DNA of 64,000 bases from Octopus vulgaris. Its lineage: Eukaryota. Shown piece by piece: positions 41,139 to 55,395 of this stretch. Each line of letters begins with the position of its first letter. The first letter of the stretch is position 1. Position numbers and translations under genes: made by a program. The notes below the pieces were generated by a model. The model was not told the origin of the DNA and ran no database searches. It saw nothing but the letters and a program-made list of their open reading frames with translations. The DNA lies in the NCBI GenBank assembly GCA_951406725.2, contig OX597828.1, forward strand, positions 48,360,001-48,424,000. Direction: 5' to 3'.

Positions 41139-41213
41139 TAGACAATTCTTCACAATATCCAAGTCATCAAGATGTTTATCAGATCTGAACATTTCAAGGA
41201 CCTCTTTAAGACG

Positions 41214-41628
41214 TTTACTCTTTTACTCTTTTACTTGTTTCAGTCATTTGACTGCGGCCATGCTGGAGCACCGCCTTTAGTCGAGCAACTCGACTCCGGG
41301 ACTTATTCTTTTGTAAGCCCAGTACTTATTCTATCGGTCTCTTTTGCCGAACCGCTAAGTGACGGGGATGTAAACACACCAGCGTCGGTTGTCAAGCAAT
41401 GCTAGGGGGACAAATACAGACACACAAACATATACACACACATATATATATATATACATATATACGACAGGCTTCTTTCAGTTTCCGTCTACCAAATCCA
41501 CTCACAAGGCATTGGTCGTCCCGGGGCTATAGCAGAAGACACTTTACCAAGATGCCATGCAGTGGGACTGAACCCGGAAACATGTGGTTGGTAAACAAGC
41601 TACTTACCACACAGCCACTCCTGCGCCT
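41214..41628 (-). mobile_element. SINE family A
   Basis: Full-length family A match. Confidence 0.9.
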
Positions 41629-41629
41629 G

Positions 41630-42407
41630 TTTGCTCCATTATATGAAACTGTATCCTTATATCTCTCGTTTGATTCATGTATTAATGGAAGATGATCCAG
41701 ATCGTCGCTTGCGGTTTGCAAAAGAATGGCTGGACAAATAGAACAATGACCCAACATTAGAAGAACATGTTGTCTAGACTGATGAGTCAACATTTTATGT
41801 TTCAGGGAGTGTTGTTCGGCATAACTATGGGTACTGGAGACAAGAAAATCCTCAAGTCACCATTGAGTATGACCACAAAAATCCTGGTATTATGTTGTGG
41901 GCATTTGTGAGTTACAACGGACTCGTGGGGTTATTCTTTATTGAAGGTGGCGTAAATTGGATCACGTACCTGAAACTTTTACAAACCCAAGTACTCCCTA
42001 AGTTAAAGGAACAAGAAGACTTTGAAGAATGATGGTGCTCCCCAACATTATTCATTGGCTGTCTGTGATTGGCTGAATAAAATTTTCCCTGATCGTTGGA
42101 TTGGGAAGCGGGATCATGTGGAGTGGCCGGCTCGCTTACCTGATTTAACACCACCAGACTTTTTGTGTGGGGTTATCTAAAAGACCGTGTCTATCGTCAG
42201 AAGATTAAACAGTGTTGAACATCTTATACAAGTAATTATCCAAGAATGTGAAACAATAGGCACAGGAGTGGCTGTGTGGTAAGTAGCTTGTTTACCAACC
42301 ACATGTTTCCGGGTTCAGTCCACTGCGTGGCACCTTGGGCAAGTGCCTCGGGCCGACCAAAGCCTTGTGAGTGAATTTGGTAGACGGAAACTGAAAGAAG
42401 CCTGACG

Positions 42408-42463
<56 letters not shown>

Positions 42464-42888
42464 TGTGTGTGTTTGTGTATCTGTGTTTGTTTCCTTAGCA
42501 TTGCTTGACAACCGATGCTGGTGTGTTTATCTCCCCGTTACTTAGCGGTTCGGCAAAGGTGACCGACAGAATAAGTACTAGGCTTACAAAAGAATAAGTC
42601 TCGGGGTCGAGTTGCTCGACTAAAGGCGGTGCTCCAGCATGGCCGTAGTCAAATGACTGAAACAAGTAAAGAGTAAAAGAGTAATCCCAGTAGACATGTG
42701 TCGTAAAGCATGTCAAAATGTTTCAATACGGTTACAAGCGTGTGTTGCAGCAGGAGGCCCAGTTGACTATGAAATGGAAAACCGATTTAACTAAACAGTA
42801 CATTCATTAATTTAATATATTTGTGTGCTTATAAGCATACCAATAAATATATCTAACAAGTGAGTCATGAATTCTGGCCCACCATGTA
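41630..42888 (+). mobile_element. Defective Tc1/mariner (DD41D-like) element interrupted by SINE A (42257-42684)
   Basis: EWPARLPDLTPPDF and WGYLKDRVY before the SINE, IPVDMCRKACQNVSIRLQACVAAGG after it; TIR-like end ATGAATTCTGGCCCACCATG-TA. Confidence 0.8.
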
Positions 42889-42916
42889 TGTATGTATGTA
42901 TGTATGTATATATATA

Positions 42917-43135
42917 CCGGAGTAAACACATAAATGTGAAACAAGGTGGAAAAAAGAGTACTCAAATACCAGTGGTAGAGTAATATGCTTTATTTAAAGC
43001 AGCAGAAAATTCAACAAAACCTGTTATTTGAGTTTTCCCGTTGCCGTTCGTCGGACAGTTTTTGTTAGAAAAAACTGTCCGAGAACGGCAACGGGAAACA
43101 GGTTTTGTTGAATTTTCTGCTGCTTTAAATAAAGT
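42917..43135. mobile_element. Fold-back element with hammerhead motif between TA-rich tracts (second copy at 45664-45883)
   Basis: Inverted arms around TTTTTGTTAGAAAAAA. Confidence 0.65.
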
Positions 43136-43207
43136 ATATATATATATATATATATATAGGGAGAGTTCAGGAAAAAAAGAAAAGACGAAGACAGGAATAG
43201 AAAAAGT

Positions 43208-43243
43208 CTTTTACGTTTCGAGCCTAGGCTCTTCTACAGAAAG
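43208..43243 (-). ncRNA. Minimal hammerhead motif, Penelope-type (duplicate at 45957-45992)
   Basis: CUUU-CUGUAGA-A-GAGC(CUAG)GCUC-GAAACGU-A-AAAG; palindromic ACGU stem III; A6-to-U deviation. Confidence 0.6.
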
Positions 43244-43519
43244 GGACACAGAAAAAAACAAGGAGAGAAAAAATGTGTGTAGTGGCTAACGATCTATCAT
43301 GTATGTATATATATATATATATATATGTACGTATGTATGTATGTATGTATGTATCTATGTATGTAAGTATGTATGTAAGTATGTATGTAAGTATGTATGT
43401 ATGTAAGTATGTATGTATCTATGTATGTAAGTATGTATGTATGTATGTATGTATGTACGTACGTATGTATGTATGTATGTATGTATGTATGTATGTATGT
43501 ATGTATGTATGTATGTATA

Positions 43520-44286
43520 TACAGTGTGCGTAAGATATTTGAGGACAGATTTATGTTTATAAAAAACAGATATATATCAGATAATAACTTTATTTGCCAA
43601 AAAATGCTATGAGGATAAAAATAAACTTTCTTTTCTATAATGTTATTCAATAAAGCCACCTTTAGCTTCAACAACTGCTTCTATATGAGATCTAAATCAC
43701 CTACATGCTCGAATCAAATGGTCCTGGTTCATTTTGGATACTACTCTGACTATGGCAGTTTTCAAAGAATCTTTGGTGTGATGGGCGTGTTCATTAACCT
43801 TTCTCTCAACAATGCTCCACATGTAATAGTCCAATGGATTGAGATCTGGGGAATTAGGAGGACAAATGTTAGGGGTTATGTGATCATCAAAATTTCCAGC
43901 TATCCATTCCTGTGTCACTAGAGCCATGTGTGATAGTGCAGAGTCTGAAACACATATGACCTTCCATTGCATACATTTCTATCCAGGCCTTAACAATTGT
44001 TTTCAGGACATCAATGTAGGCGGTAGAGTTAACTCTAAGGCCTGGTGGAAAGAATTAAGAAGGCATCACATGTCCTTCATTGCTGACAACCCCTAAAACA
44101 ATGACAGTTGCAGGAAATTTTGTTTGCATAACACTTGGAAATTTAGAAGGGTCTGCATATAACCATCTGTCATTTTTTCTTTTAACTTTTCGATCTAGGT
44201 CAAGTTTTTCTCGTTTGAGAAAAACCAAATCTTCTGCTAGATTTCAGTTTGTTTAAGAATCTTTTAGATCTGATGGAGTGATTTTA
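43520..44286 (-). mobile_element. Tc1/mariner maT-like transposase relic (duplicate at ~46265-47031)
   Basis: PPNSPDLNPLDYYMWSIVERKVN; terminus TA-CAGTGTGCGTAAGATA. Confidence 0.85.
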
Positions 44287-44386
44287 NNNNNNNNNNNNNN
44301 NNNNNNNNNNNNNNNNNNNNNNNNNNNNNNNNNNNNNNNNNNNNNNNNNNNNNNNNNNNNNNNNNNNNNNNNNNNNNNNNNNNNNN
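44287..44386. other. 100-N scaffold gap flanked by a 2.65-kb near-identical duplication
   Basis: 41640-44286 is repeated at 44387-47031 with only small differences. Confidence 0.95.
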
Positions 44387-45154
44387 TATATGAAACTGTA
44401 TCCTTATATCTCTCGTTTGATTCATGTATTAATGGAAGATGATCCAGATCGTCGCTTGCGGTTTGCAAAAGAATGGCTGGACAAATAGAACAATGACCCA
44501 ACATTAGAAGAACATGTTGTCTAGACTGATGAGTCAACATTTTATGTTTCAGGGAGTGTTGTTCGGCATAACTATGGGTACTGGAGACAAGAAAATCCTC
44601 AAGTCACCATTGAGTATGACCACAAAAATCCTGGTATTATGTTGTGGGCATTTGTGAGTTACAACGGACTCGTGGGGTTATTCTTTATTGAAGGTGGCGT
44701 AAATTGGATCACGTACCTGAAACTTTTACAAACCCAAGTACTCCCTAAGTTAAAGGAACAAGAAGACTTTGAAGAATGATGGTGCTCCCCAACATTATTC
44801 ATTGGCTGTCTGTGATTGGCTGAATAAAATTTTCCCTGATCGTTGGATTGGGAAGCGGGATCATGTGGAGTGGCCGGCTCGCTTACCTGATTTAACACCA
44901 CCAGACTTTTTGTGTGGGGTTATCTAAAAGACCGTGTCTATCGTCAGAAGATTAAACAGTGTTGAACATCTTATACAAGTAATTATCCAAGAATGTGAAA
45001 CAATAGGCACAGGAGTGGCTGTGTGGTAAGTAGCTTGTTTACCAACCACATGTTTCCGGGTTCAGTCCACTGCGTGGCACCTTGGGCAAGTGCCTCGGGC
45101 CGACCAAAGCCTTGTGAGTGAATTTGGTAGACGGAAACTGAAAGAAGCCTGACG

Positions 45155-45210
<56 letters not shown>

Positions 45211-45768
45211 TGTGTGTGTTTGTGTATCTGTGTTTGTTTCCTTAGCATTGCTTGACAACCGATGCTGGTGTGTTTATCTCCCCGTTACTTAGCGGTTCGG
45301 CAAAGGTGACCGACAGAATAAGTACTAGGCTTACAAAAGAATAAGTCTCGGGGTCGAGTTGCTCGACTAAAGGCGGTGCTCCAGCATGGCCGTAGTCAAA
45401 TGACTGAAACAAGTAAAAGAGTAAAAGAGTAATCCCAGTAGACATGTGTCGTAAAGCATGTCAAAATGTTTCAATACGGTTACAAGCGTGTGTTGCAGCA
45501 GGAGGCCCAGTTGACTATGAAATGGAAAACCGATTTAACTAAACAGTACATTCATTAATTTAATATATTTGTGTGCTTATAAGCATACCAATAAATATAT
45601 CTAACAAGTGAGTCATGAATTCTGGCCCACCATGTATGTATGTATGTATGTATGTATATATATACCGGAGTAAACACATAAATGTGAAACAAGGTGGAAA
45701 AAAGAGTACTCAAATACCAGTGGTAGAGTAATATGCTTTATTTAAAGCAGCAGAAAATTCAACAAAAC

Positions 45769-45806
45769 CTGTTACTCTGAGTTTCCCGTTGCCGTTCGTC
45801 GGACAG
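45769..45806 (-). ncRNA. Minimal hammerhead motif with CCGACGA core
   Basis: CUGU-CCGACGA-A-CG(GCAA)CG-G-GAAACUC(A)GAGU-A-ACAG; the copy at 43021-43059 differs in stem III. Confidence 0.6.
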
Positions 45807-47104
45807 TTTTTGTTAGAAAAAACTGTCCGAGAACGGCAACGGGAAACAGGTTTTGTTGAATTTTCTGCTGCTTTAAATAAAGTATATATATATATATATA
45901 TATATAGGGAGAGTTCAGGAAAAAAAAGAAAAGACGAAGACAGGAATAGAAAAAGTCTTTTACGTTTCGAGCCTAGGCTCTTCTACAGAAAGGGACACAG
46001 AAAAAAACAAGGAGAGAAAAAATGTGTGTAGTGGCTAACGATCTATCATGTATGTATATATATATATATATATATGTACGTATGTATGTATGTATGTATG
46101 TATGTATGTATGTATGTATGTATGTATGTACGTATGTACGTATGTATGTATGTATGTATGTATGTATGTATGTATGTATGTATGTATGTATGTATGTATG
46201 TACGTACGTATGTATGTATGTATGTATGTATGTATGTATGTATGTATGTATGTATGTATGTATATACAGTGTGCGTAAGATATTTGAGGACAGATTTATG
46301 TTTATAAAAAACAGATATATATCAGATAATAACTTTATTTGCCAAAAAATGCTATGAGGATAAAAATAAACTTTCTTTTCTATAATGTTATTCAATAAAG
46401 CCACCTTTAGCTTCAACAACTGCTTCTATATGAGATCTAAATCACCTACATGCTCGAATCAAATGGTCCTGGTTCATTTTGGATACTACTCTGACTATGG
46501 CAGTTTTCAAAGAATCTTTGGTGTGATGGGCGTGTTCATTAACCTTTCTCTCAACAATGCTCCACATGTAATAGTCCAATGGATTGAGATCTGGGGAATT
46601 AGGAGGACAAATGTTAGGGGTTATGTGATCATCAAAATTTCCAGCTATCCATTCCTGTGTCACTAGAGCCATGTGTGATAGTGCAGAGTCTGAAACACAT
46701 ATGACCTTCCATTGCATACATTTCTATCCAGGCCTTAACAATTGTTTTCAGGACATCAATGTAGGCGGTAGAGTTAACTCTAAGGCCTGGTGGAAAGAAT
46801 TAAGAAGGCATCACATGTCCTTCATTGCTGACAACCCCTAAAACAATGACAGTTGCAGGAAATTTTGTTTGCATAACACTTGGAAATTTAGAAGGGTCTG
46901 CATATAACCATCTGTCATTTTTTCTTTTAACTTTTCGATCTAGGTCAAGTTTTTCTCGTTTGAGAAAAACCAAATCTTCTGCTGGATTTCAGTTTGTTTA
47001 AGAATCTTTTAGATCTGATGGAGTGATTTTATCGGATGGATTTTATCTGATGGTGTATATTTTACCCCAGTGTCACTTTGATGGCATGCACTGCTCTCTC
47101 ACTC

Positions 47105-47154
<50 letters not shown>

Positions 47155-47156
<2 letters not shown>

Positions 47157-47458
47157 TATTATATAAATATATATAAAGACCTGCTCATTGAAATTGAGAA
47201 AATGTGGCATCTCAAGGCGGTTACAATACCAGTGATCGTAGGGAACCGAAAGAAGGGAACCGAAAATTAAATGAGAATGATCCCTGGCTTACCATCCCTG
47301 CAAGAAGTATTTTAATTTAACTTAAAAAAAAAAAATGAACGAACTAGTGAATTTAGTTTAATGGCCTACCAATGTATACTATGAGTTTCTTTGCCCTAGG
47401 AGTCGGGAAGACACTCGGCAAGAAATGGAAGCAAATTTGAAAGAAGAAAAAAAAAGAT
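47155..47458 (+). mobile_element. R4/Dong-like LINE 3' relic within (TAA)n
   Basis: YKDLLIEIEKMWHLKAVTIPVIVG resembles the REL-endonuclease C-terminal KYxxL...PVxxG motif; (AAT)n on both flanks. Confidence 0.65.
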
Positions 47459-47473
47459 AATAATAATAATAAT

Positions 47474-47508
<35 letters not shown>

Positions 47509-47576
47509 CAACAACAACAACAACAACAACAATAATAATAATAATAATAATAGTAATAGTAATAATAATAATAATA

Positions 47577-47617
<41 letters not shown>

Positions 47618-48131
47618 AGTGGGTAGCGACAATGGTCGTAGACTGGGGTGATGATTGTGGTACAGGTGGCATTAGGTGGGTGGTGATTAGGTTGGTTCGT
47701 GGTATTGTTAGTAGTAATAAGGAGGGTAGCAGTAGTGATGTTACGTGTGAAAGGTTGGTGTTACTGGATTGGTGATACTGGTGAGTGTAGAGGGGGTAGT
47801 GGTGTTGGTGGTGGGTTGAGGAGGGATGATTGCATTGCATTAACTAGGAAGGTGATAGTGTTAATGGTAGTGGTGGCGTTGGTGATCGTAGTATTGGTGG
47901 TGGTGGTGGTGTTGATGGCGGTAGTGTCGTTGTTGTTGGTGGTGATGGTAATGGCGATGGTGGCGGTTTTGGTGGTAGTGGTGGTGGTGGTTGAATGTAT
48001 GTATGTATGTATGTATGTATGTACATAGTGTGTACGTATGTATGTGTACATGTATGTATTAATATGTGCACACAGACACACATATACACACATGCACACA
48101 TGTATATGCATACATGTATATGCATACATGT

Positions 48132-48514
48132 GGAGGCGCAATGGCCCAGTGGTTAGGGCAGCGGACTCGCGGTCATAGGATCGCGGTTTCGATTCCCAGA
48201 CCGGGCGTTGTGAGTGTTTATTGAGCGAAAACACCTAAAAGCTCCACGAGGCTCCGGCAGGGGATGGTGGTGATCCCTGCTGTACTCTTTCACCACAACT
48301 TTCTCTCACTCTTACTTCCTGTTTCTGTTGTACCTGTATTTCAAATGGCCGGCCTTGTCACTCTCCGTGTCACGCTGAATATCTCCGAGAACTGCGTTAA
48401 GGGTACACGTGTCTGTGGAGTGCTCAGCCACTTACACGTTAATTTCACGAGCAGGCTGTTCCGTTGATTCGGATCAACCGGAACCCTCATCGTCGTAGCC
48501 GACGGAGTGCTTCC
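48132..48514 (+). mobile_element. SINE family C
   Basis: Near-identical to 8562-8945. Confidence 0.9.
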
Positions 48515-48724
48515 ATCCATCCATATGCATACATGTATAGATGATCGATAGAGAGATAACACGATAAAGATAGAAAGATAGAACGATGCCTAAACAGGTA
48601 GATAGCTATATCAGTTTCTTTGACCGAATCGCTAAGTTACGGGGACCTAAACACACCGGCATTCGTTGATAGCTATATAGAATCATAAATAGTTAAATGA
48701 AACGAAAATATGCTTTGTTTCAAA

Positions 48725-49510
48725 GGCGGCGAGCTGGCAGAATCGTTAGCACACGGGCGAAATGCTTAGCGGTATTTCGTCTGCCGTTACGTTCTGAGTT
48801 CAAATTTCGCCGAGGTCGACTTTGCCTTTCATCCTTTCGGGGTCGATAAATTATGTACCAGTTACGCACCGGGGTCGATATAATCGACTTAATCTGTTTG
48901 TCTTTCCTTGTTTGTCCCCTCTGTGTTTAGCCCCTTGTGGATAGTAAAGAAATAGGTATTTCGTCTGCTGCTACGTACTGAGTTCAAATTCCACCGAGGT
49001 CGACTTTGCCTTTCATCCTTTCTGGGTCGATAAATTAAGTACCAGTTACGTACTGGGGTCGATGTAATCGACTTAATCCGTTTGTCTGTCCTTGTTAGTC
49101 CCCTTCTATGTTTAGCCCCTTGTGGGTAGTAAAGAAATAGGTATTTCATCTGCCGCCACGTTCTGAGTTCAAATTCCACCGAGGTCGACTTTGCCTTTCA
49201 TCCTTTCGGGGTCGATTAAATAAGTACCAGTTACGCACTGAGGTCGATATAATCGACTTAATCTGTTTGTCTGTCCTTGTTTTTCCCCTCTGTGTTTAGC
49301 CCCTTGTGGGTAGTAAAGAAATAGGTATTTCGTCTGTCTTTACGTTCTGAGTTCAAATTCCGCCGAGGTCCACTTTGCCTTTCATCCTTTCCGGGTCAAT
49401 AAATTAAGTACCAGTTACGTACTGGGGTCGATGTAATCGACTTAATCCGTTTGTCTGTCCTTGTTAGTCCCCTTCTATGTTTAGCCCCTTCTGGGCAATA
49501 AAGAAATAAG
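48725..49510 (+). mobile_element. SINE family B tandem tetramer (~185-bp unit)
   Basis: One head followed by four body units joined at AAATAG/GTATTTC. Confidence 0.88.
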
Positions 49511-49659
49511 AAACGAAAATATACTACACAGAGTATCTCAGGAAGATCAATGTCATGTATTTTAATAAAATAAATAAATAAATAAAATAAAAAGGTCAAA
49601 TAAGTGTGCATTAGATAACGTACAAGATAGATTCTTGTGTAAATGAAATAATCTCTGCT

Positions 49660-50270
<611 letters not shown>

Positions 50271-51193
50271 GGATTTGGTGACGATTGGCACCAAGTCTTA
50301 ATGAGAAGTGTGGATTATCAAGAATTCTGTAAAGCTGATATGTCATTAGAGAAAATACAGATTATGTTGAGACAAGAGGAGAGCACTTGAGGCATGTTTC
50401 TCCCTCAGTAGGCGTCATCGCCACAGCCACAGTCTCGTCCTACTTTACCTCCAGTCAAAACAAGAGCATACGTATATATATATGCGTACTTACACATTGG
50501 TTTCTTATATGTTATATATTTATCTAAATTTTGTACAACTCTATTCTTTTATTCTTTTATTCTTTCCTTCTTTCTATCAGCCCTTTCACGCTTACTCCGT
50601 CCATTCCACTCTTCGTTCTTTCGTTCCCCCTCTCTCACATTTCATTGCCTTCTCGTCATGCTCACTTTCCCTCCTCTTTTCCCTTCACTGTCTCCCTGTC
50701 ATTTTTCTCGCCCCTCCTTATTTTTTCTGTCCCTCTACCTCTCTCTCTCTCTCTTCTCTGCCCACGTGACCAGTGTTCGGTCAAGCCTGACCTTTCTTTC
50801 TTGGTTCGGCTGCTGTCCGTACAACAACTATATTCTTCCCTGTGCCTGTGAAATATTGTATCCCTGCTGTAAGGCTTTACTTCCACACACGCCAACTTAA
50901 TTTAATTCGTCCTTAGTCGAAAGACACCTGTTGTTAATGTCCTGTTATTTGTATTTATGTAACCTTCTCGGTTTTTTTTCCGTCCTTGTTTTCGTATACA
51001 TTCGCTGCTTTCTTCAAAGGAATCTAATGCTCTTAGGTTATTTTTTTTCTTGGGGCTGGCCAGATTGGAGCAATCACGAGTATAACCAGCCGAAATTGCA
51101 AAGATAATCTGGAACTCGACTGTGAAAAGAAAACTCCGAATGACCCGTCCTGGTTTTCTTTGTATCGTCTATCTAGATGTTTTGCCTTCTTGT

Positions 51194-51241
<48 letters not shown>

Positions 51242-51254
51242 ATATATATATATA

Positions 51255-51328
<74 letters not shown>

Positions 51329-51590
51329 CATACACACACATGGCATTTGAACTCACAACGTTAAGCCAGAAGACATGCCACGCTAATGATTCTACAATCT
51401 CGTCGCCTTAACAAAACAACAACTTATAATATGGCTGGTGCTGCTACTACTACTACTTATGACCACTATAAGGAAAAATAAAAAATAAAGCTTTCATCCT
51501 TGCACCGGACGACAGGATATATATCATCATCATCGTTATCATCGTCATCATCCTTCATCATCATCGTCATCATCGTCATCATCATCATCG

Positions 51591-51638
<48 letters not shown>

Positions 51639-51819
51639 GTTATCATCATCGTCATCATCATCATCATCATCATCATCGTCCATTCCCTTTCCTCTCCTTC
51701 ATCTTCCTCATCATCATGGATTATTTCACCTTCCACTTACCTGCAGCATTATCTCATATCCATCCATACACCACGATGTATTATCATGCGCAAACAAGTT
51801 TGCACAAACGTACACAAGG

Positions 51820-51853
<34 letters not shown>

Positions 51854-52062
51854 ACAAACACACACACACACACACATACACACATATATCAATATATGTA
51901 CACATACACTTGCATACGTAAATGTCACATACACGCAAACGTCATTAATGGACATGCACGTATACACTCAAATATATATTATACATATATGTGTCCATGT
52001 ATATCTGTGTGCATACACACATACACACACACACACGTGTGTGTGCGTATGCAGTATATATG

Positions 52063-52168
<106 letters not shown>

Positions 52169-52218
52169 GTATATATTTATATACATGCATACATACATAC
52201 ATACATACACACACACAC

Positions 52219-52249
<31 letters not shown>

Positions 52250-52540
52250 CATAAAAATGCCAGGGTTTTGGGGTGTTGCGTGTATAGATGCCAGGTAATG
52301 ACAAAAGAAAACACATCAGTCGATTATCGATCAGCAACGGGGATCGATCCTGTGATGACGCTTTAATGTCTGGACACGCCCTTCGTGTTGTGTTGTCCTG
52401 ATCAGGTGAGGCAGTATTGTTCTATTTACCTTGCACTATTCAATGAAGATTCATTAGTTTCGGACAATGCCTTGTTTTTACTAAAGAAATACTCTGTGTG
52501 TGTGTCTCAGTGATTGTGTGCATTTGTAAACACACACACA

Positions 52541-52613
<73 letters not shown>

Positions 52614-52769
52614 GAACAATTATACATACACACACACATATACATACGCGCGCGTCTGTTTCATCATCAGGAAATGTTTGTTGTATTCATCACTTGACAA
52701 CCTTGATATTAATATGTGTGTGTTTTTATTGTGTGTGTGTATTCATGTATATATATGTATGTGTGTGTG

Positions 52770-52824
<55 letters not shown>

Positions 52825-52968
52825 ATATATATACATATATATATATATACATATATATGCATATATACATATATGTATATTAAAAATTATATATATATAT
52901 GCATATATGTGTGCGCGTGTGTGTATGTGTGAAACTGTTTAAAAGTATACGTGTGCATGTACATATAT

Positions 52969-53011
<43 letters not shown>

Positions 53012-53013
53012 TT

Positions 53014-53193
<180 letters not shown>

Positions 53194-53373
53194 ATATACA
53201 TATATATAGACATACATATTTTTTTATCACCTTTACACACATACACACATACACACCTGATAGAAAATAGGCACAAATACTCTTCTACTCATATATACAC
53301 ACACACATCTATTCTTCGAGAAAGCATAAACAAGAGACAAGATGAAGCAATAAAGATATATATACAATGAGAA

Positions 53374-53444
<71 letters not shown>

Positions 53445-53673
53445 GAGAGAAGGAGGGAGGGTGGACAGAGAGCGAAGGAGTCAATGAGGGTAAGGCAGAG
53501 AATTGGGGTAGGAGGAAGGGTGGTATGTGAAGTTTCCATTTGCTTAGCTGCAGATCTCTACGATCGATCCCCAGAGCCTGCGTTGGTACCCAGAGTGCAG
53601 AGCAAACATTAAATTAGATTAAAAGTGAAGGGGATACCTTTAATGTAAGGGAAGACAATAAGATGAAGAAGGC

Positions 53674-53749
<76 letters not shown>

Positions 53750-53757
53750 TATATATA

Positions 53758-53811
<54 letters not shown>

Positions 53812-53834
53812 ATATATATATATATGTATATATA

Positions 53835-53889
<55 letters not shown>

Positions 53890-53926
53890 AGATATATATG
53901 TATAGATATATATATATGTATATATA

Positions 53927-54087
<161 letters not shown>

Positions 54088-54590
54088 ATATATATATATA
54101 TATAACGTGTGGGATGACAGAGGAGAAGATATTGAAAGTGGGTGTTCATGGGGGACGGATGAGGAGTGTTTTTTTCTTATAGAAATAAGGTATACATAAG
54201 GTGTATCTTGTGTATGTATGTATTTGTGTGTGTGTATGTGTGTCTATGTGTGTGTGAAATGTGTATAATGCGTACGTGTAGGTTGTTGCATAGTGCTAAT
54301 AATCGGACATACACAAGCACACACACGTGTTGCTGCATGCTCATGCATTCATTTATGGAGACACAATATATTTATGTATACCATATGTATGCATATACGT
54401 AAATATATATTTTTGTACGAGTTAATATATCAATATCTATCTTCCTATGAATGTATTTGTAATTATCTATCTGTCTGTCTGTCTGTCTGTCTATGTATGT
54501 ATGTTGTATGTATGTATGTATGTATGTATGTATGTATGCATGTATGTATGTATGTATGTATATAGGTGTATGTATGTATGTATTATCTAT

Positions 54591-54648
<58 letters not shown>

Positions 54649-54703
54649 CTCTCTCTATCCCTGTCTCTCTCCCCCTCTCTCTCTTCATATATATATGTTA
54701 GGA

Positions 54704-54754
<51 letters not shown>

Positions 54755-55287
54755 TTTTACTTGTTTCAGTCATTGGAGTGCCGCCTTGAAAAATTTTTAG
54801 TCGAATAAATCGACTCCAGTAGTTTCTTGATTTTAAGACTGGCACTTACTCCATCAGTGTCTTTTGTGCATCCACCAAGTTACGGGGACGTAAATACTAC
54901 ATCACTTTTTTCTATATGTAGTAGTTGTATTCCTATATAAAATTACACCTCAAACATTACAGCAATCTTTTCGAATTTGAATCCACACGAATCCCCCTAA
55001 ATATCCATTGTTAAATAATGATGCATTTCGAAATGACAAGAACACCTTATTTTATAAGACATTGAACCCAGTATAAGTTACATTAGTAGCTCATTTATGA
55101 AGGGGAATTGAACTAACACACACACGCACGCACACACATGCACACACACGCATACACACATACTCTCTCTCTCCACACACGCGCCCACACGCACGCACAC
55201 ACACACACACACACACATATATTATATATATTTTATATATATATATATTATATACATTTATATATATATACACATATAAATATATTT

Positions 55288-55319
<32 letters not shown>

Positions 55320-55333
55320 TGTATGTATGTATG

Positions 55334-55395
<62 letters not shown>

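Noticed and set aside
48725-49510. CRISPR-like regular repeats
   Set aside because: Units are whole SINE bodies with no unique spacers; eukaryotic context and no cas genes
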